The notes below the pieces were generated by a model, which searched no databases, was not told the origin of the DNA, and saw only the letters and a program-made list of their open reading frames with translations. A DNA stretch of 64,000 nt from a virus (Duplodnaviria > Caudoviricetes). The translations under genes were made by a program, and so were the position numbers. The stretch covers positions 742 to 64,741 of the IMG/VR virus record IMGVR_UViG_3300012211_000004. One strand, given 5' to 3'. Of the stretch, positions 27,345 to 37,317 are shown in pieces. Numbering within the stretch: the stretch's first letter is position 1; each line of letters opens with the position of its first letter.

Positions 27345-28835
27345 CTATCCTTTCTGCCCTACCAGGTCACTTTGCTGCTTCTTGTCATCCTGCTGGTTAG
27401 GCGGTTGCTGCATTTGAGGAGGAACTATACCCATCTTTTGCTGCTGCTCCATCTTCTTCTTGTTTTCCTCTTCCTTCTTCTTAGCCTCTACATCAGCGTT
27501 ATAGCCGATTTCCTGTAGAGATGTGTCCTCACTCACGCCGGCTTGTTGAAGTGCTGAGGCTGTTTGTGCATCTTTCATCTTATCCACTGGCAAGAGATTG
27601 GGCCAATGTATATCAATAGGATAGCTCTCATACTCCTCTACTATGATTTTTCCACCTAATACCAGTGCTGCTCTTGATAGCTCACGTATCATTTTACCGT
27701 ACAATCTACGCTTCTGAGTTGTCTTCTCGATAAGAGGTTGAAACATCAGCTTCATGGTAGTAGCTGGTATGTCGCCTCCACCGGGCAGGTTCTCAAGTCT
27801 GCCTAGCGCCACGGCTGGCACACGGCTCCGCTCATCCATCGTCATGCGGATATCAGCAGAGAAGTTTCGAGAGCTGCCGAGATCGCTGTTCATCTCCAGG
27901 TTGTAGACTTTGCTATCAGGGGATGGCAGAAGGGTGATATCGCCAGGGCTGGTCTTGAGCTCTTGTATGTTTGCTCCTGTGGCTATTGTCTTAGGATGTC
28001 CATGAAAAAAGATGATAGAAGCCGTGTTGCTATCGTTGAAGTTGAGAGACTCATTTTGCCCTATCAAATCCTCTGTAAGGTCAGGGATACCCCACGACTC
28101 GTTAGGATTGGGCAGGTTCTTATTTGTGAAGATAGGAGCAAATGGGTAGAGCCAGTCTTCTTGTGTCCCCACTTGTACCCATGTTGTTGCCGTGATCTTC
28201 TTCTCATAATTCGTGATAGTCCAGTAGTCGTCTAGCGTTGACCCTAGTTTTGTAGTATCAGCATTTGGGTCAACACGCGCTATAATCTGCCTTTTCTGTG
28301 TATCATTATAAATAGGATATTCAATGATATACGCCCAATGCATCTTACAATCTTCAGGATCGGTCACGATACGTACATTTGATGGATCAAGCTCCACAAT
28401 ACGCGGGTATTTCTGGGAGCCCTGTGCAGGTACAAGCTTAGAAAATACTTGACCGCATACGCCGCCGTTCATGCCGATTTCAGAGAGCAGCGTCATTTTG
28501 TCGTCGTCATCGCCCCAGACAGCATCGAGGAATTCCTGATTAGCTTCATCTGGTGTATCTGTTTCGCTCCCTTCCTTCTCACCGGGTTCTATCTTTAGAG
28601 ACTCTCCAAACAGGAACGAGACACCTTTATCGACAATAGGCGCACATCGATTAGAAATGACATTGGGGTCTTCATCACCTTTTTCTACTTTGAGTGGCTT
28701 CTCGAACTCACCTCTATATCTTTTCCACGCTTCAGTCATACATCTTTTGCGCTTGATATCTTCAGGCGGAACGGGAGCCTGTGCAAGCGTCTTTTGCTGA
28801 TTTTGCTGTATTCGGTAGTCAATACTCATCTCCAA
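27345..28835 (-). CDS. Portal protein (SPP1 gp6-like)
   Basis: NRCAPIVDKGVSFLFG, IHWPNLLP motifs; directly after the terminase. Confidence 0.92.
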   Translation of the reverse strand: MEMSIDYRIQQNQQKTLAQAPVPPEDIKRKRCMTEAWKRYRGEFEKPLKVEKGDEDPNVISNRCAPIVDKGVSFLFGESLKIEPGEKEGSETDTPDEANQEFLDAVWGDDDDKMTLLSEIGMNGGVCGQVFSKLVPAQGSQKYPRIVELDPSNVRIVTDPEDCKMHWAYIIEYPIYNDTQKRQIIARVDPNADTTKLGSTLDDYWTITNYEKKITATTWVQVGTQEDWLYPFAPIFTNKNLPNPNESWGIPDLTEDLIGQNESLNFNDSNTASIIFFHGHPKTIATGANIQELKTSPGDITLLPSPDSKVYNLEMNSDLGSSRNFSADIRMTMDERSRVPAVALGRLENLPGGGDIPATTMKLMFQPLIEKTTQKRRLYGKMIRELSRAALVLGGKIIVEEYESYPIDIHWPNLLPVDKMKDAQTASALQQAGVSEDTSLQEIGYNADVEAKKKEEENKKKMEQQQKMGIVPPQMQQPPNQQDDKKQQSDLVGQKG

Positions 28836-30169
28836 AAGCCTTTCACGTAACCTACTTGATTAGGTACAAGATCCATAAAGGCGCACATGTATCTATCGCA
28901 GTCCATGCTATGATCGAACTCTTTCACAGGCTGATCACCTTTCTTGAGCCCTTGACGTGTATCCCAAATGTATACATCAAATTCTTCAATGCCACACTTC
29001 GGTTTCTTCTCTCGCACCAGTTCCGGGTCAGGTTCCACTAGGCAGTTGCTGAAATACATCAGGCGTGGTTTCCCATCGCCCGCTGGCCTAAGTCTGGAAG
29101 CGACGGCCTGTATACCATCCGAGACAGACTTGTGAGCAGGCGTCGTGTAGAGACCAGTGTGTCTAGTAAACGTCTCACGATCTTCTGCATCGTGATCCGC
29201 TATAACCTGTCTTGGTAACGGATCGCCATCTTTTTCGCCCCATCGCGATAAATGCTTAATTTGTTTGGCATGGTCTTCTACAAGCGTTTTAGTCTTGTAT
29301 ATCTCTCTATAACAGTAGAGACGCCCATCGTTATCTTCCGCATACCACTTGCAAACAAATGGATTTGTGAAGCCAAAGTCTAGAACAATCCAACGCGGCC
29401 ATTCCTTTGGGATAGGGAACGGATCTATAACGTTCTTGGCTCTATCGTACGATCCTTCATACACAGTTCCGGACGCGGCGGCCCAAACCCCATACCTTAG
29501 TCTCGCAAGACGTACGCCCGTAAGACCGCCAAGGATCTCAAAAATATACGTATACCCTTCCTTGGTCCAATCGTTTTTGCGGATATCAAAGTAGCGAGGG
29601 TTCTGCTCATGTCGACTAAGTAAGCGTGTCGTTTTTCCCTCAAGCATACGAACATTGACCCAGTGAGTCGGGGCATCAGGATTCGTATCCATGATCAACT
29701 GATGGTATGGTGTTTTACCATGACGAAGACGGGAGCGCACAAACTCTATATCCTCTTCGGTCATTTCGGTTACTTCGTTTAAATAAGCTAAATCAAACTC
29801 GAACGACTTGATTTTTTCGGGTTTGTCGAGGCCGGAAACGATCATAATGGAACCATTCCGATACTGATATGCAGCAGGTTTGACTTTGCTGCCACCATAG
29901 TACGTCGCCTCGCGGGGATCAAGCATCTCACGAAACGTCGCCATAGCAGAGCCAGCTAATGCAATATTCGTCTTTCTGGCAACCAATGCTTTAGAGCCAG
30001 GATAGAGAGTAAGCATTATATGCACTTTAAATAGGCATGCGAACGTCTTGCCGGTCCCTGCCGGGCCATCGAGGCACACCTCCAAGTCCCTGCAAGATCC
30101 TAGTGCGTGGTTCCCGCCCCTAAACTCAGGGGCGGGTATGACTAAAGAAGCGGCAAGGTTAGGCACCAT
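28826..30169 (-). CDS. terL: Terminase large subunit (PBSX-like)
   Basis: Walker A GPAGTGKT, Walker B YLNEVTE, DTNP, nuclease DFGFTNP and DHSMDCDRY. Confidence 0.95.
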   Translation of the reverse strand: MVPNLAASLVIPAPEFRGGNHALGSCRDLEVCLDGPAGTGKTFACLFKVHIMLTLYPGSKALVARKTNIALAGSAMATFREMLDPREATYYGGSKVKPAAYQYRNGSIMIVSGLDKPEKIKSFEFDLAYLNEVTEMTEEDIEFVRSRLRHGKTPYHQLIMDTNPDAPTHWVNVRMLEGKTTRLLSRHEQNPRYFDIRKNDWTKEGYTYIFEILGGLTGVRLARLRYGVWAAASGTVYEGSYDRAKNVIDPFPIPKEWPRWIVLDFGFTNPFVCKWYAEDNDGRLYCYREIYKTKTLVEDHAKQIKHLSRWGEKDGDPLPRQVIADHDAEDRETFTRHTGLYTTPAHKSVSDGIQAVASRLRPAGDGKPRLMYFSNCLVEPDPELVREKKPKCGIEEFDVYIWDTRQGLKKGDQPVKEFDHSMDCDRYMCAFMDLVPNQVGYVKGFWR

Positions 30170-30683
30170 TTACCCCCTCTAAATTTACCTTCGGACCTTC
30201 CAGATAGTTGGCAGGAATTTCACGAATGATCACCTGAGCACCGATGGTATCTTCAGGCTGCACATCCAAATTCAGCAACTTACGTCTATCCCTGGATAAT
30301 TCAAGCAGACGGTCTACGGCCCATAAATTTACCTTATCCTCATTTTTATCATTCTTTTCTCTACTTTCATCTTTTTCTTTGATATTATCTCTATCATCAT
30401 TTTCATTTGAGAAAGCTACTTCCCATACTCTTCTATGTATTTCATCTAATATATCTAATTCTTGTGCTCTATATTCATCTATCTTAGGAACAATACGCCG
30501 CTGCATTTCGCGTTGAATAGCTTTACGTGCTGCACTTCTATCAGAATATCCACATCTCTGAGCTATCTGATCGTATGTCAAGCGCTGCTTCATAAGGTCA
30601 ATTGCCATTGCTGCACGTTCAGCAGCATTAATATCACGGCGTGGTACCCCTTGTGTGGCCGTCTTTTTCTTGCTGCTACCCAT
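30159..30683 (-). CDS. terS: Terminase small subunit
   Basis: HTH (LTYDQIAQRCGY), RRKLLNLD motif, overlaps the terL start. Confidence 0.8.
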   Translation of the reverse strand: MGSSKKKTATQGVPRRDINAAERAAMAIDLMKQRLTYDQIAQRCGYSDRSAARKAIQREMQRRIVPKIDEYRAQELDILDEIHRRVWEVAFSNENDDRDNIKEKDESREKNDKNEDKVNLWAVDRLLELSRDRRKLLNLDVQPEDTIGAQVIIREIPANYLEGPKVNLEGVNGA

Positions 30684-30903
30684 GTGCCACTTCCTCTAAT
30701 AATGCCGATACCTGATACAATTCCTGCTGTGTGAGCTTAGCTCCCATACGGATCTTGAGCGAGAGCAGAGCAGCCATAGCTCGTTCTTGGCTGCCGTATG
30801 ACCTATCGTTGACGAACATGTTCTTAGGCTGCCCTATCTCATGGCCTGGTAGTCCAGACACGACTTGCGGCCCTTTGGCACCCATGGCGAGACGATAGAT
30901 CAT
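30676..30903 (-). CDS. Hypothetical protein
   Basis: Coupled at both ends. Confidence 0.6.
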   Translation of the reverse strand: MIYRLAMGAKGPQVVSGLPGHEIGQPKNMFVNDRSYGSQERAMAALLSLKIRMGAKLTQQELYQVSALLEEVAHG

Positions 30904-31388
30904 GGCGCTATTCCCTCTTCAGCTCCCAACTCTTCCAAGTCAAACAGGACGCCCAAAATCCCGGCAATCTCTTGCAGATACCACTGCTTGTGATGTGATC
31001 CTTCTGCCTGCAAGCCGTCTATAATGAGCTTTTCTAGCCGTATATAATCCTCTTCACTGTACTCAAATGTCAGCTTGATATCGTGGTCTAGATAGCCCTT
31101 GCCCTGACAATTCTCGCACGTCTGGCTTCGCGGTCCTGGCCCACCCACTGCAAAGATGCCAACATTTACAGGACGAGTGAAGATATAGCCTCTTCCTCCA
31201 CATGCATCACACTTCCTAGCTACTGGTGCGCACGTGCAATGGTCAATACACTTATGGCAATCCAAGCAAGGCTTGATCTCTTTGCAATGACACTGAGGCC
31301 CGCGTGTGCATCCTGTTCCCCATTGCTTCCCGCAACATGAACATCTAGGAGTCCCTACTCTGTCATAGCGTGGAATCACCTCTGCCAC
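30900..31388 (-). CDS. Cys-rich protein with DnaJ-like zinc finger
   Basis: CDACGGRG and CENCQGKG motifs. Confidence 0.65.
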   Translation of the reverse strand: MAEVIPRYDRVGTPRCSCCGKQWGTGCTRGPQCHCKEIKPCLDCHKCIDHCTCAPVARKCDACGGRGYIFTRPVNVGIFAVGGPGPRSQTCENCQGKGYLDHDIKLTFEYSEEDYIRLEKLIIDGLQAEGSHHKQWYLQEIAGILGVLFDLEELGAEEGIAP

Positions 31389-31498
31389 CTCTTTTCAATC
31401 AATAGCCCTACAGCGACACCAGCCAAGAACACCAGCAGACCAACAATAGCATCAGTTGAGATACGATCGTCATGCGCATGATATGACCGTGTTGACAT
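31376..31498 (-). CDS. 40-aa membrane peptide
   Basis: AIVGLLVFLAGVAVGLLI helix; fills the gap between ORFs. Confidence 0.5.
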   Translation of the reverse strand: MSTRSYHAHDDRISTDAIVGLLVFLAGVAVGLLIEKRWQR

Positions 31499-31514
31499 AT
31501 CTGACAATCTATCC

Positions 31515-31742
31515 CTATTCATCCATTATCTTCCTATCTACAACTATTCTTGGCAATTTATTCCCTACCTTCACTTCTGCTAGCAATGGATGAGATACCG
31601 TGATCTCTAGCATGTTCCTATCGTCTGCACTTACTTTCATAGACAATGCCTTATGCTCAGTATTCCCATACAAAGCTTTGATGATGCTATCTGCATGTAT
31701 TCTTATGATGCCACGTCTTCTATCATTCTTTCCTTCATCCAT
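31515..31742 (-). CDS. Hypothetical protein
   Basis: First ORF after the long late-operon leader. Confidence 0.55.
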   Translation of the reverse strand: MDEGKNDRRRGIIRIHADSIIKALYGNTEHKALSMKVSADDRNMLEITVSHPLLAEVKVGNKLPRIVVDRKIMDE

Positions 31743-32169
31743 ACTTTCACATTTTCTAATGCCTAATTAAAACAGAAAGGCTCATATGCACGGGTGGAGT
31801 GTATGCATATGAGCCTCCTGCATGGATACTGACCGTTGACTTCCTGAAGAGAGAAAAAGAGCTGCTTAGTGTTGTTAAAGGTTCTAGAAATAGCGTACTA
31901 CATAACGTCAAATTGATGAATATCGATAGTGAGGTCGAGTTTGGGCACGCAAAAGCCTCTCTCGCTGTGTCACTCGAAGCGCTAGACTTCAGAGCGTGTC
32001 AGACTTGAGAGAGGCTAGTTGGATGTTTTGAGGCACTATCCATACCTATATATCTTTTATCGAAATGATATGTTTTCGGGCGAGCTGTTCCCCTGACTCT
32101 CGTCGGATCATCATTTGACCTATCTATCTAGGCACTCGCCACACTCATCTTAGCAGAGGCGTCAATCAG

Positions 32170-32397
32170 CTAGCGCCCTTGCCTCAGTTGCCGACGTAGC
32201 CACCATGTCCGCAATTTGCCATGCTCTTGTGCTCTCATTGCCCATAGCGCATCGTCGGCTAGGCATTGCTCCCAAGCTTGCTGCATAGCTGGCCCAAGAG
32301 TTGCCATAGCATCAGCAGCCTCTTGCATGGTCGGCTTCCAAGCTTCTATTGCCGCTATATTCGCACAGATATTGTTGGCTATTTCTTCAGAGTTCAT
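32170..32397 (-). CDS. Hypothetical protein
   Basis: AAAGGA RBS. Confidence 0.55.
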   Translation of the reverse strand: MNSEEIANNICANIAAIEAWKPTMQEAADAMATLGPAMQQAWEQCLADDALWAMRAQEHGKLRTWWLRRQLRQGR

Positions 32398-32414
32398 CGG
32401 TGTCCTTTCCTTCT

Positions 32415-33311
32415 CTAGAAATTGAGCACATCCACAGCGTTATTATCCAAATTCAGCTTGCGTCTCTGATACCGCTCTGTTGTCCTCGGATCTGCATGCC
32501 CTAGCGCATACTGGACCTGATGTAGAGGTGCTTCTGCCTCAAGAGCCAAGGTTGCGAACGTCGCCCGTAGCCCGTGGGGGGTCAACTCTGTTCCTGCAGG
32601 TGCGTACTTTTTAACCAGCAACTCAACAGACTTATCAGTCATCTGGCAGCTGGTAGGGTGGTCCCCGCGCCTGAACGAGACGAATAAAGCTTCACCCTCG
32701 TTTCCTCTTGCAGATAGATAGTCCTCCAGTGCTCTGAAGACATCCACTCGAAGCTTGACGATCCGTCGCTTATCGCCCTTGCCGTGCTCAATGACTGCCA
32801 CATGGTGTCCATCCATGATCTTGATATCCGCTCGATTCAGCGAGACCAATTCAGCACGTCTTAATCCTGTTTTCATAAGCATCAGGATAAGCGCATAATC
32901 ACGCTTCCCTTGATTGGTACTTCTATTGATAGTATCAAGCATATCCTTTGCTTGGGTCTTAGAAAGTGCTGTATGGGTTGTTTCGTCACTATTTCCGCTA
33001 AATCCTTTTACATCTTGCGTTATATCATCTGTGAGATATCCCGCTCTTTTTCGCTCTTTCATAAGCTTACAGGCAATGCTAAACATACGCTGTTTTGTTG
33101 CCTTAGCATAGGCACTCTCAGCTAGATGTACACGATATGCTATCATGTCAGATCGTGTCATACTTTCTGGCAATATACCTTTTTCTTGCATCCATGCCAC
33201 AAAATGCTTTATATCATTTTCATATACGCGTTTTGAAGACGGAGCAAGTTGACCAGCAATATCAGTAAGTGTCTGATCTAACTGCTGAGGGGTTGGTATC
33301 AGATCGGTCAT
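32415..33311 (-). CDS. Tyrosine recombinase, XerC/D-like (likely dimer resolvase)
   Basis: TGLRRAEL, GKGDKRR, HGLRATF, LGH..TTERY; SAM-like N-terminus and no arm-binding domain. Confidence 0.92.
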   Translation of the reverse strand: MTDLIPTPQQLDQTLTDIAGQLAPSSKRVYENDIKHFVAWMQEKGILPESMTRSDMIAYRVHLAESAYAKATKQRMFSIACKLMKERKRAGYLTDDITQDVKGFSGNSDETTHTALSKTQAKDMLDTINRSTNQGKRDYALILMLMKTGLRRAELVSLNRADIKIMDGHHVAVIEHGKGDKRRIVKLRVDVFRALEDYLSARGNEGEALFVSFRRGDHPTSCQMTDKSVELLVKKYAPAGTELTPHGLRATFATLALEAEAPLHQVQYALGHADPRTTERYQRRKLNLDNNAVDVLNF

Positions 33312-33477
33312 ACATCCTCCAAATTAGGTTCGTTAAATCGGTATTTACAGGAGCTATTCTACCAGATTTGTCAAGGTAGACCGCATTACCTATATCTCAA
33401 CACATCACAATCCCCCATTCTTCCTACTATCATTCTTACTTATCAATCTTACACACTCCATTCAATCCACCTATGCT

Positions 33478-33618
33478 CTATTCGCGTCTCCTGTATCTCC
33501 TAAACAGTACTCTATCAAGCTTAGGTGTTTTGACTCTCTTACTGCTATATCTTCCTGTAACGAACACTATCACGATAAGCAGTGCAAAGCATGCCAGAAA
33601 GATGTAGAGTATATTCAT
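33478..33618 (-). CDS. 46-aa membrane peptide with basic tail
   Basis: MNILYIFLACFALLIVIVFVTGR..RRYRRRE; ATGA coupling. Confidence 0.5.
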   Translation of the reverse strand: MNILYIFLACFALLIVIVFVTGRYSSKRVKTPKLDRVLFRRYRRRE

Positions 33619-33824
33619 TCGCTCTTACCTTCCATCTTCTGAAACGCCTCTATCCATGCGTCAAACACATTTCTCTGCTCATTTGGGTCTGGTTGCGGAC
33701 ATTCCTTGTGCCGTGCCTTTTTCGTAGAAGGATCGTAAATGATCCATGTACCGACTACAATCTTATATCCACAGTCGGTACACTTTCCCTCGTATTTTGC
33801 AGACATGGTAAATTCATGCGCCAT
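33615..33824 (-). CDS. Small zinc-binding protein
   Basis: AKYEGKCTDCG..HKEC. Confidence 0.65.
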   Translation of the reverse strand: MAHEFTMSAKYEGKCTDCGYKIVVGTWIIYDPSTKKARHKECPQPDPNEQRNVFDAWIEAFQKMEGKSE

Positions 33825-33836
33825 ATTCTCTATCTC

Positions 33837-34076
33837 CTAGCCTATAACATCCTTAAACGCATGGATAACTTGTGATGGCATAATGCATTTATTATCGCCA
33901 TCTTCGCCAATGATATCCACCCATTCTTTTGCTTCAAATCCTTCTACGTCACGAGTTGACAATCCAAGAACGATCCCGAAAAACGTGCTGTCCGCAAATT
34001 GCCCACCCGGGTGGTCTTTGAATCGCTTATAGGCAACAATGTCGCATTCTTGCAGTATGCGTGCTCTAGATATCAT
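33837..34076 (-). CDS. Hypothetical protein
   Basis: ATGA coupling. Confidence 0.6.
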   Translation of the reverse strand: MISRARILQECDIVAYKRFKDHPGGQFADSTFFGIVLGLSTRDVEGFEAKEWVDIIGEDGDNKCIMPSQVIHAFKDVIG

Positions 34077-34651
34077 TTGGCACTCTCCAATCCCAATATA
34101 TCCTTCAATTGCTCCATGACATTCTGAGAAGGTTGGGCGCTCCCTCCCTCATATGCCCTAATAGAGCGTTCTGTCAATCTTCCTCCCTTCACCTTCTTGA
34201 TCTTCGCTGCAAGCTCATGTGTACTCATGCCAAGCTTGATCCGTGCCGCTTCGATCTGCTTGCCAAGCTCTGCATCACCTTGTTTTGCACGAGGCAGACG
34301 CGGTGGATGCTGAGCGGGATTTTTATGTCCAGAGGCTTCCCATTCCTCTGCGCATTCTTCCAGATTTGGATATCGCTCTAGAATGTCTCTATAATGCGAT
34401 TCTGGGCGAGTACGGACGCGATGGTACAAACACCGTAGACATCCATGCAAGAGACCTTCTTGACCCCTACAGAAGACTCTACAACCGCAAGAATAGCACG
34501 CGTATTCTTTGCCAACAACGAAGACCGAATCAAAGACAACATCTCGGAGCTGAGCAGCGAACATGTCGAGCTTCTTTCGGTAGAATGCCTCAAAGTTTTC
34601 CGGGCTGGTCATCGATTCAGACTTCCATCGGGAGTCATTATTCTTGATCAT
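34073..34651 (-). CDS. Zinc-finger plus C-terminal XRE HTH protein
   Basis: CYSC..CLRC; IEAARIKLGMSTHELA..IRAYEGGSAQPS. Confidence 0.75.
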   Translation of the reverse strand: MIKNNDSRWKSESMTSPENFEAFYRKKLDMFAAQLRDVVFDSVFVVGKEYACYSCGCRVFCRGQEGLLHGCLRCLYHRVRTRPESHYRDILERYPNLEECAEEWEASGHKNPAQHPPRLPRAKQGDAELGKQIEAARIKLGMSTHELAAKIKKVKGGRLTERSIRAYEGGSAQPSQNVMEQLKDILGLESAK

Positions 34652-35010
34652 TCTGCTTGTCCCTTTTTCAATGTCCCTTGGTAGAGCCTACATCCGCATG
34701 GGACGCTATAGACACATCGTCCCACTTGTTTCTTCTCTTTGATTGGTGTCTCGCAATGTGGGCAGATATCATTTTTGAGATTGTCCAGAAACCTCTGAAG
34801 TATTTGGCTATCCTCTTCCACTTTCGCCGCAACCTCTTCTGGTGTACGAAAGCTTGCTTTCTCGCATCGCTCAGTACATCCCCTATCTTTGAAGCACGGC
34901 AATTGAAGGATATCACCCGCAGGATCTTTTACATCTTTGTAATCCACTCCTGCTCTGCATATTTTGCTATGTAAACCGTTATAGCTCTTACACCATATCT
35001 CGTAGCTCAT
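34648..35010 (-). CDS. Cys-rich hypothetical protein
   Basis: CRAGV, CPHC, PCGCRLYQG. Confidence 0.7.
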   Translation of the reverse strand: MSYEIWCKSYNGLHSKICRAGVDYKDVKDPAGDILQLPCFKDRGCTERCEKASFRTPEEVAAKVEEDSQILQRFLDNLKNDICPHCETPIKEKKQVGRCVYSVPCGCRLYQGTLKKGQAE

Positions 35011-35026
35011 ACCTGTCTTTCCTTTC

Positions 35027-35335
35027 TCAATGCGCCGGGTAGTTCACAGCCACCGGGCGCGTATCCTGTTTCTTCTGTACAGGCCTCGTTTGCACGCCCT
35101 GTGCCCGCTCTTCTGCCATCCTACCTTGCTGAGTCCTTGCAGCATCCTCAAGTTCTGCTTTCTTGCCTGCTACATACTTCCTGGCCTCATCCTCTGATTT
35201 CTCAGGATCGAGCACCAGCGTGCAGCTTTGCACGCGGGCCTCAACTCGGAGCGTGACGACGAAGCGACCTGCATAGCTCAAGTGCAGATTGAGACCAGCG
35301 TCGGCTATGAGCTTTTGGAAGTCCTCAGATTTCAC
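35027..35335 (-). CDS. Hypothetical protein
   Basis: GGAGG RBS, GTGA coupling. Confidence 0.65.
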   Translation of the reverse strand: MKSEDFQKLIADAGLNLHLSYAGRFVVTLRVEARVQSCTLVLDPEKSEDEARKYVAGKKAELEDAARTQQGRMAEERAQGVQTRPVQKKQDTRPVAVNYPAH

Positions 35336-36333
35336 GATGCGTCCTCCAAACTAATCCGCTCTGCCAACGTTGCCTTTTGTCCGGTATGTTGCTCCCATCG
35401 TGCCAGAATAAGATCGCAGTACTCTGGTGAGATCTCGCACCCGTACACTCGGCGCTTCCCCACTACCTGAGCTGCAATGATGGTTGTTCCTGAGCCAAGG
35501 AAAGGATCGTAGATCAAGCTGTCATCGTGCGTGCATAGATTGAGAAGTCTCTGTAAGAGCAAGACTGGCTTGCGAGTTGGATGAAGCTTGATCTTTCCAC
35601 TCTTCTGATTGTGCCCTTCTGGAAGAAAAGACCACACATTCGTGAAATTCACTTGCTCACTCGAGAGACTCGATCCTGCCTTATCCATGTACCAGTAGGT
35701 CTCATCATTGCCTCTAGTTATGGGTGACGCTTGTTTTCCATGCCCTCTTCGCAATTTGAGATGCAAATCACTGATATATCTCTTGATGCTCTCAATTGTT
35801 ATGAGATCGAAAAGAAGTCCCGGAAGTTTCACATCTGTATACGCACCTTTTACCATATAGTAGTCACTATGAGGCGCTGAACTGTACACAAACAAGCTTT
35901 CATGGCTGCGATGAAGCGGGGTTGAATTCGTCGTTGCTACACGTTTCACCCAGGCAATGTGATCTTTGAACCGCAACGACGAATTACGCAACGCTACGAG
36001 CCAGTCTAGTGCGTGTGGTAGTTGGTGAGCCAGGGCAAAGAAGCCGCCGGGCTTAAGGTACTCCGTGATGAGGGCAATGAGCCCTGGGACATTCTCCAGA
36101 GGTTTATCCCACTCATCAAAGCCTATGCCGTAGGGAGGATCAACATAACAGAAATCATAGTGCTCATCTCCAAAGAGACGTGCTACATGCTGCCTGTCAG
36201 TAGCATTGCCACAAAGTAGCTTGTGCCCTCCCATCTGCCAGATATCGCCAACCTGTACCCATTGCGGGATAGTGCTAGGCATTTGTTGCTCGCTAGTGTC
36301 CCCAGACTCTCCAAACAATGACAATTGTTCCAT
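35332..36333 (-). CDS. Orphan DNA methyltransferase (N6A/N4C, beta class)
   Basis: DPPY, HPTRKP, DPFLGSGTT, GCEISPEY. Confidence 0.93.
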   Translation of the reverse strand: MEQLSLFGESGDTSEQQMPSTIPQWVQVGDIWQMGGHKLLCGNATDRQHVARLFGDEHYDFCYVDPPYGIGFDEWDKPLENVPGLIALITEYLKPGGFFALAHQLPHALDWLVALRNSSLRFKDHIAWVKRVATTNSTPLHRSHESLFVYSSAPHSDYYMVKGAYTDVKLPGLLFDLITIESIKRYISDLHLKLRRGHGKQASPITRGNDETYWYMDKAGSSLSSEQVNFTNVWSFLPEGHNQKSGKIKLHPTRKPVLLLQRLLNLCTHDDSLIYDPFLGSGTTIIAAQVVGKRRVYGCEISPEYCDLILARWEQHTGQKATLAERISLEDAS

Positions 36334-36335
36334 AG

Positions 36336-36584
36336 CTACCTTCCCTCCCAATTCCCTATACTCCGCTTCATCACCTCTTCTGCCACCTTCACCCGCTGCA
36401 CATCACCACTTCTCAACAACTGCTCTACCATCGCTTTATGCACCTCTTTTTCAAGTATCATAGTCTTGTGTCCTCTGTCTAGTACTACCCACATGATGGT
36501 ATCTAGCTTGCTTGCTAACGCTGCTGCATAGTCGCCGTACAACTTCTGATATTCGGTGGGTATGGGTTGTTCTACTTGTATCAT
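36336..36584 (-). CDS. Hypothetical protein
   Basis: Tightly packed co-oriented ORF. Confidence 0.6.
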   Translation of the reverse strand: MIQVEQPIPTEYQKLYGDYAAALASKLDTIMWVVLDRGHKTMILEKEVHKAMVEQLLRSGDVQRVKVAEEVMKRSIGNWEGR

Positions 36585-36905
36585 CTATTTCTTCTCAACT
36601 TGTACAATATAGCTCTTCAGTTCAGGATGCATACGAACGCAATCCGGGCCAATAGGCCATTGTCCTAGTTCCTCCCATGCCTGGGGATCTTGCATAGCCT
36701 CTTTGATCGAGAGGAGATGCTCACCGTCGTTTGCCATGTAGACACGATGCTTTATCAAGTCTATATTGACTGACTTGCCGCATATGACGCACGGAAACTT
36801 TCCAAGCTTATATGAGTTCGTACTCCATTCATCATATCTTTTGTGCCTTGGTATTTCTATCATCTCATCTCGCCTTGCTTGCTTCTTCTCTATCATATCG
36901 ATCAT
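36585..36905 (-). CDS. Hypothetical zinc-binding protein
   Basis: CVICG..IGPDC. Confidence 0.65.
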   Translation of the reverse strand: MIDMIEKKQARRDEMIEIPRHKRYDEWSTNSYKLGKFPCVICGKSVNIDLIKHRVYMANDGEHLLSIKEAMQDPQAWEELGQWPIGPDCVRMHPELKSYIVQVEKK

Positions 36906-36920
36906 CTATAGCCGCTTTAC

Positions 36921-37274
36921 TCATTGTGCCTCCATTGCTTCAATCCGAGTCGAGTTGTCCACATCTGCGGATAAGTCACTGTACGGATAGATCAATCCAA
37001 GCGCTAGCCCATTCGGTGACATATCTATTGCTCCCATGCCCTCATTATAGAGTCGAGCTACTTCTAGGGCACTATCAACCCCTTTCTCCCAAAAGACACC
37101 GTTCACAATTCTGTTAAGCAGCCGATCATAGACCACATATCCACCATTGTTGACCTGAAGCACGGCATGCCGGCAGTCTTTGATAGACGGTGCCTTTCTC
37201 TCACGTGTGATATACACATCAATTATGGCTTTTATCTGATCACCTACTTTGTATAGTCTCTCTCCATTTTGCAT
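36921..37274 (-). CDS. Hypothetical protein
   Basis: GAGG RBS before ATG 37274. Confidence 0.6.
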   Translation of the reverse strand: MQNGERLYKVGDQIKAIIDVYITRERKAPSIKDCRHAVLQVNNGGYVVYDRLLNRIVNGVFWEKGVDSALEVARLYNEGMGAIDMSPNGLALGLIYPYSDLSADVDNSTRIEAMEAQ

Positions 37275-37317
37275 TGTCTTGTCCTCTTTCTTACATCCTA
37301 TGACTATGTGAAACACG

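Noticed and set aside
32415-33311. Classical prophage integrase with attL/attR
   Set aside because: No arm-binding domain, embedded mid-operon, and no host genes or att duplication in the window
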